A stretch of 64,000 nucleotides of DNA from Alphaproteobacteria bacterium. GTDB taxonomy: Bacteria > Pseudomonadota > Alphaproteobacteria > Rs-D84. Shown here in pieces: positions 39,125 through 49,957 of the stretch (positions are counted from its first letter, which is position 1; each line of letters begins with the position of its first letter). Both the position numbers and the translations under genes were made by a program. The notes under the pieces were generated by a model, which had not been told where the DNA came from, ran no database searches, and saw only the letters and a program-made list of their open reading frames with translations. The DNA lies in the NCBI GenBank assembly GCA_017524525.1, contig JAFXVM010000006.1:24819-88818 (forward strand), written 5' to 3'.

Positions 39125-40108
39125 TTAAAACCATTTCCATGGTTGGAATGCGCTAAGCAATCCCATGGCGGTACGTTTATCTGCAATTGTATGACCACAA
39201 CGCGGACATACCAAGAACGGTTTTAAGAAGGCATTAACCTTGCTGAACGCAAAGCCCCAAATCAAGAACCCTGCCGCCCATGCTGCGATTACCAATCCCC
39301 ATGCAATATAATTAAAATAACTGTTAACCGTATTAGTTAATATTGTGATTACGCCAATATTAGATTTTTCTAAATCATTATAGATTTTAACAGCCACAGG
39401 CCAACTGGACGGACGCCACGGATAAACATGCTTGATACCATAGTTTGTTAACAAAGTTGTCCCCAGACCGCCTGCATTTTTATCGATTTGATGTTTGATT
39501 GCTTCGTCAACAACTTTATCAACTTCGATTTGAGAAATACGAACTAATTCGCCTTTAACAGAATCCAGTTTCTTATTCACCTGGGCGGCGACATCGTCAA
39601 CTTTGGCAATACCTTGATCGGCCTTGGCCACGACATTATTAGCCTGACCAACTGCTTTGTCTACACCGTCTGTTTTGATACCAAATTTATTAGCAAGACC
39701 AGTAAGCGCAGAAACTTTGGCTGTTTCTTGTTTTACTTTGTTTGTTTGTTCTTTGGCTTTGGCAGTAGTGTCAGTCACTTTGTCCACTTGCTTTTCAACA
39801 ATTTTTACTTTTTCAATAGCGATACCAATTGGCTTTTCTAAATTCACAGCGTCTTTGATTCCTGCCAGCAATCTTTCGTATTGTTCCGCAATATTGCGTT
39901 GCAAATCAAAGAACATAGACACAACCATAGCCTTTTTAATTGGACCAGCGTAATGATTTTTAATGTAAAGTGGGTATATCGCGACAAACAACAACCATAT
40001 CACAGATAAAATCGCAAAAGTGCGTTTAGTTGTTTTTATTAATGATGGTTTTTTCGCGACAGTTTTTGCACCACCACGATCAATTACTTCTACTTCTTTT
40101 CTTGCCAT
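39125..40108 (-). CDS. hypothetical membrane protein with coiled-coil region and C-terminal CPRCGH zinc-ribbon-like motif
   Basis: 327-aa ORF with an N-terminal TM (FAILSVIWLLFVAIYPLYI), a K/A/V-rich coiled-coil middle and C-terminal TM segments. Confidence 0.5.
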   Translation of the reverse strand: MARKEVEVIDRGGAKTVAKKPSLIKTTKRTFAILSVIWLLFVAIYPLYIKNHYAGPIKKAMVVSMFFDLQRNIAEQYERLLAGIKDAVNLEKPIGIAIEKVKIVEKQVDKVTDTTAKAKEQTNKVKQETAKVSALTGLANKFGIKTDGVDKAVGQANNVVAKADQGIAKVDDVAAQVNKKLDSVKGELVRISQIEVDKVVDEAIKHQIDKNAGGLGTTLLTNYGIKHVYPWRPSSWPVAVKIYNDLEKSNIGVITILTNTVNSYFNYIAWGLVIAAWAAGFLIWGFAFSKVNAFLKPFLVCPRCGHTIADKRTAMGLLSAFQPWKWF

Positions 40109-40172
40109 TTTGGTATCTCCTTTTTTCCTGATATAATGATATTAAAATATCAGCATCTTTTGCAAGATTTTT

Positions 40173-40505
40173 TTAGCGCGCATTTGCCATAAAGTTTTCT
40201 ATTATCTTTTCATTCGCAGAAAACAACGGTTGTTTAGTTTCATCTGATGCGTTTGCATCCACTATTTTTTCAATTGTATCGTGATAAACACTGGCTATTT
40301 CTTTAGTTTTAAACACATGTATTTCACGTGTCGGCACCAGATTAAAAACATTTGAATTTTTTCCTTGTTTTAAGCATGCCAAAGTATAACCAAATGACAA
40401 TGGACCTGTTAAATCTTTGGATACCGCCAAATAGATTTTATCATCCATACTTAACGACAATATTGGTTTATAGTTTTCTTTTTTGTTATCTTGCGTCATG
40501 TCCAA
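40173..40505 (-). CDS. hypothetical protein
   Basis: 110-aa ORF, no recognisable motif. It overlaps the next ORF by 20 nt (possible coupling). Confidence 0.4.
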   Translation of the reverse strand: MDMTQDNKKENYKPILSLSMDDKIYLAVSKDLTGPLSFGYTLACLKQGKNSNVFNLVPTREIHVFKTKEIASVYHDTIEKIVDANASDETKQPLFSANEKIIENFMANAR

Positions 40506-40851
40506 ATCCTTTTTTTGCCATTATATAAGTCATTGTTTGTTCATCAACACCGTTGCGTTTCAATTCACCAACCATAGTTCTTTTTGTGTTTCTTATATTT
40601 TCATCAATTGTAGCCACTTTCTTAAATATTTCATTTCCTGAAACACGCATTTTTTTTGTTTTGATTGTGTTTGAATCGACCAAAGCACGACCATGATAAA
40701 CAAAATATTTAACAGTTATTTGATATTGTACTTTGCCTAATTCTTTAACATCGGCTTCTTTCGTTTTTACAGATGCCAATCTTTCTATGTCATAATGGAT
40801 ATAATAATTTCTTTTGTTTTTATTTCTCTTTAACATCATTTTCTTTATCAC
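40486..40851 (-). CDS. hypothetical basic protein
   Basis: 121-aa Lys-rich ORF. It overlaps the tgt start region. Confidence 0.4.
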   Translation of the reverse strand: MIKKMMLKRNKNKRNYYIHYDIERLASVKTKEADVKELGKVQYQITVKYFVYHGRALVDSNTIKTKKMRVSGNEIFKKVATIDENIRNTKRTMVGELKRNGVDEQTMTYIMAKKGFGHDAR

Positions 40852-41968
40852 CTTCTGTATATTGTTTTATAAAATCTTCTTTGAATTGTTGAAAAGTTCC
40901 TTTTTCTATATTTTCACGAATATCACGCATTAAATCTTGGTAAAACCAAAGATTGTGTTGCGTTAATAATGTAGCCCCCAATATTTCATTACACTTTATC
41001 AAATGATGAATATAAGCACGCGATAATTTACACGCAGGACACCCACATTTGTCGTCTATTGGTGATGCATCATCTGTAAAACAGGCATTACGCATATTCA
41101 TTGTACCGTGCCGTGTAAAAGCCTGGGCTGTGCGCCCTGCGCGTGTAGGCATTACACAATCAAACATATCTATGCCGCGTTCAACAGCCCCCAAAATATC
41201 AAGTGGTGTTCCAACCCCCATTAAATATCTTGGCTTGTCTTTTGGTAAAAATGGTGTCGTAGTCGCAATCATATCAAACATAACATCTTGGGTTTCACCA
41301 ACCGCCAAGCCACCAACAGCATAACCATCAAAACCGATTTCAACCAATGCTTTGGCAGATTTTTCACGCAAATCTTTAAAATCTGCACCCTGCACTATAC
41401 CAAAAATTCCGTATCCTGCACGGTCTATGAAGGCATCTTTGCTGCGACGCGCCCAACGTGTCACCATATCTACATTTTTTTCAGCCTTTTCACGCGTGGT
41501 TGGCAAATGCAAACATTCATCCAAAACCATTGTGATATTGGAATCAAGTTGATGTTGAATATGCACACTGTCTTCTGGGCGAAGAAAATGTTTTATTCCG
41601 CCATCTATGTGTGAAGTAAATTCCACACCTTCTTCTTTCATTTTGACTAGATTAGACAGCGACATAACCTGAAAGCCACCGCTGTCCGTTAAAATTGGAC
41701 CGTGCCAGCCACCAAATTTATGAAGTCCGCCCATTTTTTCAACCAAATCACCACCAGGACGCATCATTAAATGGTAAGTATTTCCCAAAATAACTTCGGT
41801 TCCTGTTGCGGCAACTTGTTCCATGGTAAGCGCTTTGACCGTGGCTGCGGTACCTACTGCCATAAATGCGGGGGTTTGAAAATCCCCATGTGCAGTATGC
41901 ACGCAGCCACGGCGTGCATTTCCATCTTGTTTAATCAAATCAAATTTTAATGACATGTTCTTGCCCAA
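40820..41968 (-). CDS. tgt: queuine tRNA-ribosyltransferase
   Basis: ILTDSGGFQV, LVEIGFDGYAVGGLAVGE and the Zn site CGCPACK...H. 382 aa. Confidence 0.9.
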   Translation of the reverse strand: MGKNMSLKFDLIKQDGNARRGCVHTAHGDFQTPAFMAVGTAATVKALTMEQVAATGTEVILGNTYHLMMRPGGDLVEKMGGLHKFGGWHGPILTDSGGFQVMSLSNLVKMKEEGVEFTSHIDGGIKHFLRPEDSVHIQHQLDSNITMVLDECLHLPTTREKAEKNVDMVTRWARRSKDAFIDRAGYGIFGIVQGADFKDLREKSAKALVEIGFDGYAVGGLAVGETQDVMFDMIATTTPFLPKDKPRYLMGVGTPLDILGAVERGIDMFDCVMPTRAGRTAQAFTRHGTMNMRNACFTDDASPIDDKCGCPACKLSRAYIHHLIKCNEILGATLLTQHNLWFYQDLMRDIRENIEKGTFQQFKEDFIKQYTEGDKENDVKEK

Positions 41969-42336
41969 CTTTCTGCAAGGAAATAATCTGGCATACGAAC
42001 ACTTGGTTTTACAGCACTACGCAAAGCACCAATACGCAACCACAAGAAATTGTTTACATTCTTTGGACATTTTACATCATTCATGAAACGTTCCAAAAAT
42101 TCTATTTCCGCCAAATATCCACGAACTGTGCGCTTTGTTGCCTTTTGTCCTTGTTTGTATATAACACGATATAATTTATCTGCTTTTATCGTGTTTTCAA
42201 TATATTTTACATCAGAATCTGTAAAAGATACTTTCCAATTTTTAGCAGTATGAAAAGGACGACCCAAGCGAACCTGTAATTCGCGTGTCCACGCTAATTC
42301 TTTTTCATTATTTGGTAATGGTAAAGATGTTTTCAT
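41947..42336 (-). CDS. hypothetical protein
   Basis: 129-aa ORF immediately upstream of tgt (22-nt overlap). Confidence 0.4.
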   Translation of the reverse strand: MKTSLPLPNNEKELAWTRELQVRLGRPFHTAKNWKVSFTDSDVKYIENTIKADKLYRVIYKQGQKATKRTVRGYLAEIEFLERFMNDVKCPKNVNNFLWLRIGALRSAVKPSVRMPDYFLAESWARTCH

Positions 42337-42351
42337 TTTTTACTCCTTTTT

Positions 42352-43623
42352 TTACTTAAAGTTATCATTCCATATTTTACGTAAATCTAAATTGCCATAA
42401 TCTGCCCCAAAAGTCATAATAGACATTGGTCCATCAAAGAAACCCGTTGAACATTCAATTGCATCATCCACAGTAATACTTTTGTTCATTTCAACCATAT
42501 TATTAAAATCGTATAACTTGCCAAAATCTATAAAATGAGCAATCAATACATCTCTGCGTTTTGACGCTGATTCCAGAAAATCTGCATCTGCTAATTTTCC
42601 TATGTTTAAAAATCTATCTATCACAGGTTGTGTTATTTTGTCTGTATTATAAACACGATACGCAGTTTGTGCAATCAAAGCAACTGTCTTTTCAAGGTTT
42701 TCTGGCGAAGTTTCTGTATGAATACCGTGAACACCTGTTAGTTCGTTTCCATATTTAGAGATCCCTATGCCATAAACCAGACCATTTTTTTGACGAACTA
42801 CTTCGCTTAATTCTTGTCCTAAATATCTACGAAATTTTGATTCTGCGATATTGCTGCGAATATTTTCGTATGTATCTAAACGCAAATACGGAAACACTAT
42901 ATCGAACCAAACATTTTTTACACCAGGTTCTTTTAAAAATTTATCACATGATGTGTATTTAAATTCAGTATTTTGTGATACTTCATGGTTTGGTAGAAAA
43001 CTAAATAATTCTTCAATTTTCTTCACTAAATAATCAGGATTATCTATTTTGCCAGACACACATATTGTGCAATTTTTCGTAGATAATCTCGCTTTTAACC
43101 AATCTAGCATTTGTTCACGGGTAAAAGACTTTATATTTTCTTCTGTGCCCAATGTTCTAAACACAGAAAAACCAAACCAATTTGTATAAATTGAATCATT
43201 ATATTTTTTTACATTAGAACTTTGAGCGCGGCGCAATTCATCTAAAATAACACTTCGTTCTGTTTCTATTTTGCTTTCATCAAACAAAGAATCTCGCAAT
43301 TGGTCTGCAAAAAGTTCCAATAATACTTCTGTGTTTTCTGCTATTATACGACCTTCAAGTTGCAAGAGCCTGCCACCTGTGCGAGCATTAGACACCCCGC
43401 CATTGTTTTCAAGAAATTCTCTTATTGCTGTACGACTTGGCAAACGCGGAATTCCTTTTAACAACATGTGTTCACAAAAATGAGTTATACCGTTATTTGT
43501 CTTGGTTTCGTCTCGTGAACCTGTGTTAAAGCGAATTATTATTGAAACCGTCTCTACATCCATAGGATCCAAAATTACGTGTATACCGTTGGATAAATGA
43601 TAAAGTTTGGGTTCAAATTTCAT
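42352..43623 (-). CDS. M16-family zinc peptidase (insulinase-like)
   Basis: HFCEHMLLKG inverted zinc-binding motif (HxxEH). The start is taken at MKFEPKLYHL. Confidence 0.75.
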   Translation of the reverse strand: MKFEPKLYHLSNGIHVILDPMDVETVSIIIRFNTGSRDETKTNNGITHFCEHMLLKGIPRLPSRTAIREFLENNGGVSNARTGGRLLQLEGRIIAENTEVLLELFADQLRDSLFDESKIETERSVILDELRRAQSSNVKKYNDSIYTNWFGFSVFRTLGTEENIKSFTREQMLDWLKARLSTKNCTICVSGKIDNPDYLVKKIEELFSFLPNHEVSQNTEFKYTSCDKFLKEPGVKNVWFDIVFPYLRLDTYENIRSNIAESKFRRYLGQELSEVVRQKNGLVYGIGISKYGNELTGVHGIHTETSPENLEKTVALIAQTAYRVYNTDKITQPVIDRFLNIGKLADADFLESASKRRDVLIAHFIDFGKLYDFNNMVEMNKSITVDDAIECSTGFFDGPMSIMTFGADYGNLDLRKIWNDNFK

Positions 43624-44686
43624 TTGTCTTTCCTTCTTTTTTAAACAGCAAACAGCAATCACCATAACTGAAAAACCTGTATTTTTCAAGTATTGCATGA
43701 TGATATGCCGCCTTCATCTCTGTCAGACCAGCAAAAGCCGACACCAACATAAATAATGTGCTTTTTGGCAAATGGAAATTTGTTAACAAAATATCTACTG
43801 CCCCAAATTTATAACCAGGGGTAATAAATATATCTGTCGTTTGACAAATCGGCAAAACACGTTTTGTTTCGTTTCCAACCAATCTGTGCGCTGATTCCAA
43901 GGTACGCATTGACGTAGTTCCCACAGCGATTACGCGCGTTGCATTATTTATTATATCTGCTTGTTCTGGGGTGATACAGCACCATTCACTGTGCATTTTG
44001 TGTTCGTTTAAATTTTCTGTTTTCACAGGCATCCATGTTCCCGCTCCAACATGCAAAGTGATTTTTACTATTTTGGCACCGCGTTTTTCTATTTCGTCCA
44101 TCAATTCATCTGTAAAATGCAATCCTGCGGTTGGCGCAGCCATAGACCCCAGTGGGTCTGCGTATACGGTTTGATATCTGTCCCTGTCTTCAACTTCTTC
44201 TTCGCGTTTCATATATGGCGGAAGTGGCATTTTGCCGTATTTATTCAACAAATCAAATACATTATCGCAATTAAAATGAAGCAACAAACCGCTTTCTTCG
44301 TCTTTGTCGATAACATTTAAGGTTGTGCCGTCAACCATTGTTAAGGTATCACCAACATTAATTTTATTGAATTTCTTACACAGTCCCCACCAATCTTTAT
44401 CGTTAACAGATGTATGCAAAGTGATTTCGTGTCCACTGGCTTCAAATCGCGCAGGAATCACGCGCGAATTATTAAACACCACTACATCACCAGGTTGTAA
44501 GTAAGATATAAAATCTTTGATACGAGCATCGGTGACCCCCGCCACCGCTTCGCGGTTCCCCTCCCCGCTGGGGCGGAATTTATTCGGTTCAACAACCAAC
44601 ATACGCGAAGAATCGCGTCTTTCCAAAGGATGGGACGCGATTAATTCGTTTGGTAATTCAAAATCAAAATCAGATGTATGATACAT
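43613..44686 (-). CDS. queA: S-adenosylmethionine:tRNA ribosyltransferase-isomerase
   Basis: MYHTSDFDFELPNELIASHPLERRDSSRMLVV N-terminus and an overall QueA match. It is adjacent to tgt, as in many genomes. Confidence 0.85.
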   Translation of the reverse strand: MYHTSDFDFELPNELIASHPLERRDSSRMLVVEPNKFRPSGEGNREAVAGVTDARIKDFISYLQPGDVVVFNNSRVIPARFEASGHEITLHTSVNDKDWWGLCKKFNKINVGDTLTMVDGTTLNVIDKDEESGLLLHFNCDNVFDLLNKYGKMPLPPYMKREEEVEDRDRYQTVYADPLGSMAAPTAGLHFTDELMDEIEKRGAKIVKITLHVGAGTWMPVKTENLNEHKMHSEWCCITPEQADIINNATRVIAVGTTSMRTLESAHRLVGNETKRVLPICQTTDIFITPGYKFGAVDILLTNFHLPKSTLFMLVSAFAGLTEMKAAYHHAILEKYRFFSYGDCCLLFKKEGKTNEI

Positions 44687-45093
44687 TAACGTGTTTGGGT
44701 ACTGTTTGTTTTGACCTTTTGAATTATTTCTCTGTCTTTTCTAATTTGGATTGAATCTTTGTTATATTTAACATTTGAATCATCACCAAATACTCTGCGA
44801 CCATCATAGTTATAATTCTTCAAAGGATTTTTTTGAGTTAAACCAATTTCGTCTTTTGGTGCAAAATATGGTATATCTTGTATCAATTGTTGGTTATTAG
44901 AACCTTTCTTGGAACAATCTATCAACAATTCATTGTTATTCCCATCTTTGACCAAAATTTTATTATTATCATAAACAGCAACAACTGTTGTCATATAAGT
45001 TTTACATGCGCCCATCACAAAAACAGAAATCACTGCCAACCCCAACACTTTCGCATTATTTATTAAACTTTTTACATCCATATTGTTTTTCAT
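44686..45093 (-). CDS. hypothetical lipoprotein
   Basis: LAVISVFVMGAC lipobox-like signal. 135 aa. Confidence 0.45.
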   Translation of the reverse strand: MKNNMDVKSLINNAKVLGLAVISVFVMGACKTYMTTVVAVYDNNKILVKDGNNNELLIDCSKKGSNNQQLIQDIPYFAPKDEIGLTQKNPLKNYNYDGRRVFGDDSNVKYNKDSIQIRKDREIIQKVKTNSTQTR

Positions 45094-45105
45094 GTGTCAT
45101 CCTTT

Positions 45106-46008
45106 TTATTTAAATTCCAAGCCTTGGTCTGTGTAGTTTTCCGCCACTTCTTCCCAGTTAGGTTCAACCCTGACAAACAAATGAAGTCGCGCATTTACAC
45201 CCCATTGGTCTTGGATATCGTGACGCGCAGCCGTTCCAATCTTTTTCAATTGTTCGCCACCGCGCCCGACAACTATTTTCTTATGTGCTGCGTTTGCAAC
45301 CACGATTTTTTGATATATTTCCAGAACACCTTCATCATCTGTGTCAACCTTTTCAGTCACGACATTTATGTGATAAGGCAATTCTTGGTGAATATATTTG
45401 TATACTTTCTCTCTCGTAAGTTCTGCCAGATAAAGCATATCTGGGACATCAACCGCATCGCGCGTTTCAAACAAATATGGAGATTCTGGCATAACAGCAG
45501 ACAGAGATTCCAACATTTGTTTAACACCGTCATTTTTCAATGCAGATATCATAAATATTTCACGAAATTCAGCCATATTCGATAATTCTGCAACCATTGG
45601 TAAAAGATTTTCTTTGGCGATTGCGTCAACTTTGTTTAAGGCTACAAATAAATTTTTATGTGCTTTGATTTTTTCAATTAAATCACGAACGGTCTGGGTT
45701 ATACCTTTTTGCGCATCAACAACCAATAATACCGCGTCTGCATCATCCAATGCAGCCATAGCCGCCCCAACCATCGCCCTGTCCAATCTGCGATTAGGCT
45801 TAAAAACACCAGGTGTATCAACAAAAACCAGTTGTTTATTGCCGACCATTTTAATTGCGCGAAGTCTTGTTCTGGTTGTTTGCACTTTGTGCGAAACAAT
45901 GGACACTTTGCGTTCCATAATTTGGTTCAACAATGTTGATTTACCGGCATTTGTCGGTCCAATAATTGCTATAAATCCAGAGTATGTCTTTGTCATACCA
46001 TAAAACAT
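45106..46008 (-). CDS. era: GTPase Era
   Basis: GPTNAGKSTL (G1), DTPG (G3), NKVD (G4) and a C-terminal KH domain. Confidence 0.85.
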   Translation of the reverse strand: MFYGMTKTYSGFIAIIGPTNAGKSTLLNQIMERKVSIVSHKVQTTRTRLRAIKMVGNKQLVFVDTPGVFKPNRRLDRAMVGAAMAALDDADAVLLVVDAQKGITQTVRDLIEKIKAHKNLFVALNKVDAIAKENLLPMVAELSNMAEFREIFMISALKNDGVKQMLESLSAVMPESPYLFETRDAVDVPDMLYLAELTREKVYKYIHQELPYHINVVTEKVDTDDEGVLEIYQKIVVANAAHKKIVVGRGGEQLKKIGTAARHDIQDQWGVNARLHLFVRVEPNWEEVAENYTDQGLEFK

Positions 46009-46100
46009 AGCACACAGATTTCAAAAATCAACAAAACTCTTGCAAAATCAAGATTTTGTGCTTTGATTAGCGCAAAGATTAAAAAAAAAGGAAAAAACAC

Positions 46101-46598
46101 ATGACTAGCGCGATAAAAAAATTTACTTTTGATAACAAATGGAACATTCGCTTTATGCAAATGGCACAATTAATTTCAACTTGGTCAAAAGATCAGAGCA
46201 CCAAAGTTGGTTGTGTAATCGTTAGTCCCGACAAAGCAATATTATCTATGGGATATAACGGCTTTCCGCGCGGAGTAGACGACACACCAGAATACAGACA
46301 AATTCGTCCAACAAAATACGAATTCGTTGTCCACGCTGAAGAAAACGCCTTGCTGAACGCTGGCAGAAACGGCACAAGATTATCTGGTGGAATTTTATAT
46401 GTGACTATGCCGCCATGCACGAGATGTGCCGGTTCTATTATTCAATCTGGAATCAAAGAAATTATTTATCTTGAACCAGAAATTCAAAAACAAATTCCAG
46501 GGTGGCGAGATAGCCTGAACATTTCTTTTACAATGTTTGATGAAGCCGGTGTTCTTTATAAAGCACTAAAAACGACACAAAAACAAAAAACTCTTTAG
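46101..46598 (+). CDS. dCMP deaminase (CMP/dCMP deaminase zinc-binding family)
   Basis: VHAEENAL...PCTRCAGSI zinc-binding motifs (H.E ... PC..C). Confidence 0.75.
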   Translation: MTSAIKKFTFDNKWNIRFMQMAQLISTWSKDQSTKVGCVIVSPDKAILSMGYNGFPRGVDDTPEYRQIRPTKYEFVVHAEENALLNAGRNGTRLSGGILYVTMPPCTRCAGSIIQSGIKEIIYLEPEIQKQIPGWRDSLNISFTMFDEAGVLYKALKTTQKQKTL

Positions 46599-46599
46599 A

Positions 46600-46626
46600 A
46601 AAACCGCCAATATGGCGGTTTTTTAT
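46600..46626. terminator. bidirectional terminator
   Basis: aaaaccgccaatatggcggttttttatttt. Confidence 0.6.
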
Positions 46627-47342
46627 TTTAACTTTTTAGTCCATTCGTTATCTGGAAAATTTTTACGCAACATTTCGGCGTAACCCGTTGCTTGTTCTGG
46701 TAAACCTATTGCAGTATAACATTCTGTTAAACGGAACATTGCTTCGGGTGTCATGACTGTTTCTTGGGCGGTTCCAACAACAGATTGCAGACGCGTGATA
46801 GCCGAAGCCCAATTTTCCCGTTGCATATCTTCGCGCGCAGCATACATAACCTTGCCCGCAATGTAATTTTTCAAGATAAGTATTTTATTTTTTGCATTTT
46901 CTGCATATTCGCTGTGTGGAAAACGGTCAACCAATTGTTGAAATTGTTGCAAAGCGTACGCAGACATTCCTGGGTCGCGACGAACATCGCTGACCTGACG
47001 ATAATAACACATTCCGCGCAGATACATCATATAAGGCGCATCTTGGTGTCCAGGATGAAAACGCATATATCTGTCGATTGCCAATATAGAACCTGCAAAA
47101 TCTTTGTCCACATATCGAGAATAAGCCATCATTACCAGCGCATCAGCAGACCACGGAGATGACGGATATTGCGCTTCGGCTGTTTGGAATAATTCCGCAG
47201 CATCATCATAATGCTTTTTGTTAAATTCTTTGTACGCATCTTGGTAAATATCTTCCAAGGGTCTATCTGGTTTAATTTCTTCGCCGCCACTGCACGCAGT
47301 TAACAAAGATGTTGTAATCAATATTAAAACTATTTTTTTCAT
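46623..47342 (-). CDS. bamD: outer membrane protein assembly factor BamD (TPR lipoprotein)
   Basis: Lipobox LLTACSG. TPR-like repeats with conserved BamD blocks (AYSRY, LRGMCYY, ...EYAENAK..I). Confidence 0.8.
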   Translation of the reverse strand: MKKIVLILITTSLLTACSGGEEIKPDRPLEDIYQDAYKEFNKKHYDDAAELFQTAEAQYPSSPWSADALVMMAYSRYVDKDFAGSILAIDRYMRFHPGHQDAPYMMYLRGMCYYRQVSDVRRDPGMSAYALQQFQQLVDRFPHSEYAENAKNKILILKNYIAGKVMYAAREDMQRENWASAITRLQSVVGTAQETVMTPEAMFRLTECYTAIGLPEQATGYAEMLRKNFPDNEWTKKLK

Positions 47343-47408
47343 ACTTGAATTTCCTTTAATAAAAGCAGTATAATGAAACAGATAAAAAAATAAAAGAAAA
47401 AAATAGGC

Positions 47409-48881
47409 TTGGTTATGAAATTAGGAAAAAATATATTCGGCGTAGGTGCCATGACCGGCATAAGCCGTATTTTTGGCTTTGTTCGCGATATGTTAATTGC
47501 GCGTTTTTTAGGTGCGGGTCGTATGTCCGATATTTTCTTTGCAGCATTTAAATTACCAAATCTTTTTCGAGATTTATTGGGCGAAGGTGCGCTTTCCGCT
47601 ATCTTTATTCCTATGTATACCGATATGAAAAAAGACGAAGGTTTTGCAAAAAATGTTTTTTCTTGGTTAATGGTGATTTTACTGGGTATAACGATAATAT
47701 TTGAAATCTTTATGCCTTTGATAGTTTGGGCTTTGGCACCTGGGTTCGCAGAAGACCCCGGCAAAATGCAGTTAACTGTGATTATTGCGCGTATAATGTT
47801 CTTTTATGTTATCTTTATATGTGGCGCAGCGTTTTTATCTGCTGTTCTTAATGCTCATTCCCGGTTTTTGTTAGCGGCTTTTATGCCTGTGATGTTAAAT
47901 ATCTTGTTAATATGTGCTTTGGTTGCGTCTGTTTGGTACGGAAATCAGTTTATAATTTATGTAATGGCAGGCACAGTTGTTTTGTCTGGCGTTCTACAGT
48001 TTTGTATTCTTTGGCATCGAATAAGGCAAAAACAGTTTGGATTACGTCTTGTTATTCCGCGTTGGAATAATCAAATTAAAAACATGTTCAAAAGATTTGG
48101 TGTCAGTTTGGTCGGTTCTGGATTTTATCAAATAACTATCATTGTCGGTACATTGGTCGCCAGTTGGCAATCTGGGGCAGTATCATGGCTTTATTACGCA
48201 GACCGCATGGTTCAATTGCCCTTTGCGATGATTGGTTTGGCTGTGGGAACAGTTTTGATTTCTTCTATATCAAAGGCATTAACTGAAAAAAATATGCGCA
48301 GCGTTTATTTACAACAAAATTCTTCAATGCGTCGTTCTATGATGCTGATTATGCCCTGTATGGTGGGACTTTTTGTTTTGGCTGAACCTATTATTAGAAT
48401 CTTGTTTCAACATGGTGCATGGACAGCAGATTCTACAAACGCGGTTGCATTGGCTATAAAAATTCAATGTCTGGTTTTGCCCGCTATGTTAATAAGTCAA
48501 ATTTACAGCAAAACTTTGTATGCCTCACAAGATGTTAATACGCCAGTGAGAACGAGTGTCATTTCTTTGGGGGTCGCAACGGTTATTTATCTTGTCTTGT
48601 TCCCAATAATTGGCTATTTATCTATACCTGTGGGTGTAGTGGCAAGCGGTTATGTCAAAAACTATCTTTTGGGACGCGTGTGTCGTAAACGCGCTTTGGT
48701 AAAAACTGACAAAAAGACTATTTTCGCATTTTTTGCTTTTGCGGGTGTTGCCGCGGTATTAGGTGCGGCATTATCAACGATTGCTATCACTAACATTTGG
48801 TGGCTGGGGATTGCGATTTGTGCTTTTGGGATTTTATACTTGCCAATCGCATTTATCATAGACAGATTTATCATAAAATAA
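47409..48881 (+). CDS. murJ: lipid II flippase MurJ
   Basis: N-terminal GAMTGISRIFGFVRDMLIARFLGAG...DIFFAAFKLPNLFRDLLGEGALSAIFIPMY, typical of MurJ/MviN. Multi-TM, 490 aa. Confidence 0.85.
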   Translation: MVMKLGKNIFGVGAMTGISRIFGFVRDMLIARFLGAGRMSDIFFAAFKLPNLFRDLLGEGALSAIFIPMYTDMKKDEGFAKNVFSWLMVILLGITIIFEIFMPLIVWALAPGFAEDPGKMQLTVIIARIMFFYVIFICGAAFLSAVLNAHSRFLLAAFMPVMLNILLICALVASVWYGNQFIIYVMAGTVVLSGVLQFCILWHRIRQKQFGLRLVIPRWNNQIKNMFKRFGVSLVGSGFYQITIIVGTLVASWQSGAVSWLYYADRMVQLPFAMIGLAVGTVLISSISKALTEKNMRSVYLQQNSSMRRSMMLIMPCMVGLFVLAEPIIRILFQHGAWTADSTNAVALAIKIQCLVLPAMLISQIYSKTLYASQDVNTPVRTSVISLGVATVIYLVLFPIIGYLSIPVGVVASGYVKNYLLGRVCRKRALVKTDKKTIFAFFAFAGVAAVLGAALSTIAITNIWWLGIAICAFGILYLPIAFIIDRFIIK

Positions 48882-48960
48882 AATTTGCAAGTCGTTTGCG
48901 TTTATGATATAATCATATATATGAGATTAAATGGGATTGTCCCACAAAAGGAGTGAGAAT

Positions 48961-49854
48961 ATGAAAAAAGTGGTATCTTTGGCGGCATTAACCGCTTTGT
49001 TGGCGGGCTGTATGGATTTGAATTCGTCCAGCACACCTGCTACCTATGGTTCTGGTTTGGACGAAGAACAATTGGTCACGGCTGATAATACATTAAATAC
49101 TAATGCTTATTTAATGGCAGCGGCACCAAAATATTATATTGGCAGTCCATATAAAATTGAAGATGTTCAATACATCCCAGGCGAAGATTTAACATATAAT
49201 CAAACTGGTATCGCAGGAATTGTTCCTGTGGAATTAAACGGTTCCAAAACCAGCGATGGGGAAACATTTGATTCTAATCAATTCGTCGCAACTAGCAAGA
49301 CTTTGCCATTACCAACAATTGCAAAGGTCACAAATCTTGACAACGGCAATTCAGTTATTGTTCGTGTAAACAACCGTGGCCCATTTGTAAACACACGTAT
49401 TATGGATTTGTCTGCTGCTGCTGCGCGTCAAATTGGCATAACTGGCACTGCCAAAGTTCAAATTCAAGTTTTGCCTAATGAATCTGCCACAGTTAAAAAC
49501 GCAACTTTGGGCGAAACTGTAAAGGTTGCTGAAACACAAGCACAACCACAACCAACAGTTATCCAAGAAACAGTTGTAGAACAACAAGTTCAACCAACAC
49601 CAGTTGCAACATCTGGCGAATACAGCGTCCAAGTGGCTGCTGTGTACAGCGAAGATAACGCAAATGCGTTGGCTCGTGAATTGGCTCAATACGGCAATGC
49701 TGTTGTCGTTCGCGAAGGCGATATGTACAAAGTTCGTATCATTAATTTGGATGCTGCGAATGCACGTCGTGTAATTGATTCTTTGCGCAGCGACAAAGGT
49801 ATGGCCCCAGGATTGTTAAAATCTGGTAAATGGGTCAATGCTGACAGCATTTAA
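48961..49854 (+). CDS. rlpA: septal ring lytic transglycosylase RlpA-family lipoprotein with C-terminal SPOR domain
   Basis: Lipobox LLAGCM. A DPBB domain (VIVRVNNRGPFVNTRIMDLSAAAA) and a C-terminal SPOR domain (EYSVQVAAVYSEDNANALARELAQYG...YKVRI). The start is the ATG at 48961 after AAAGGAG. Confidence 0.8.
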   Translation: MKKVVSLAALTALLAGCMDLNSSSTPATYGSGLDEEQLVTADNTLNTNAYLMAAAPKYYIGSPYKIEDVQYIPGEDLTYNQTGIAGIVPVELNGSKTSDGETFDSNQFVATSKTLPLPTIAKVTNLDNGNSVIVRVNNRGPFVNTRIMDLSAAAARQIGITGTAKVQIQVLPNESATVKNATLGETVKVAETQAQPQPTVIQETVVEQQVQPTPVATSGEYSVQVAAVYSEDNANALARELAQYGNAVVVREGDMYKVRIINLDAANARRVIDSLRSDKGMAPGLLKSGKWVNADSI

Positions 49855-49874
49855 TTAAAAGATATCACTTCATT

Positions 49875-49901
49875 ACAGACCGCCCAGATGGGCGGTTTTT
49901 T
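49875..49901 (+). terminator. rho-independent terminator
   Basis: agaccgcccagatgggcggtttttt. Confidence 0.6.
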
Positions 49902-49957
49902 ATGCTTGATTTCTTTCAAAATCATTGTTATAACCGTTAAAAAAAAGGAAGAAAGTC

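Noticed and set aside
47339-47764. 141-aa minus-strand ORF
   Set aside because: Antisense to the well-supported murJ N-terminus. Low-complexity translation, no RBS.
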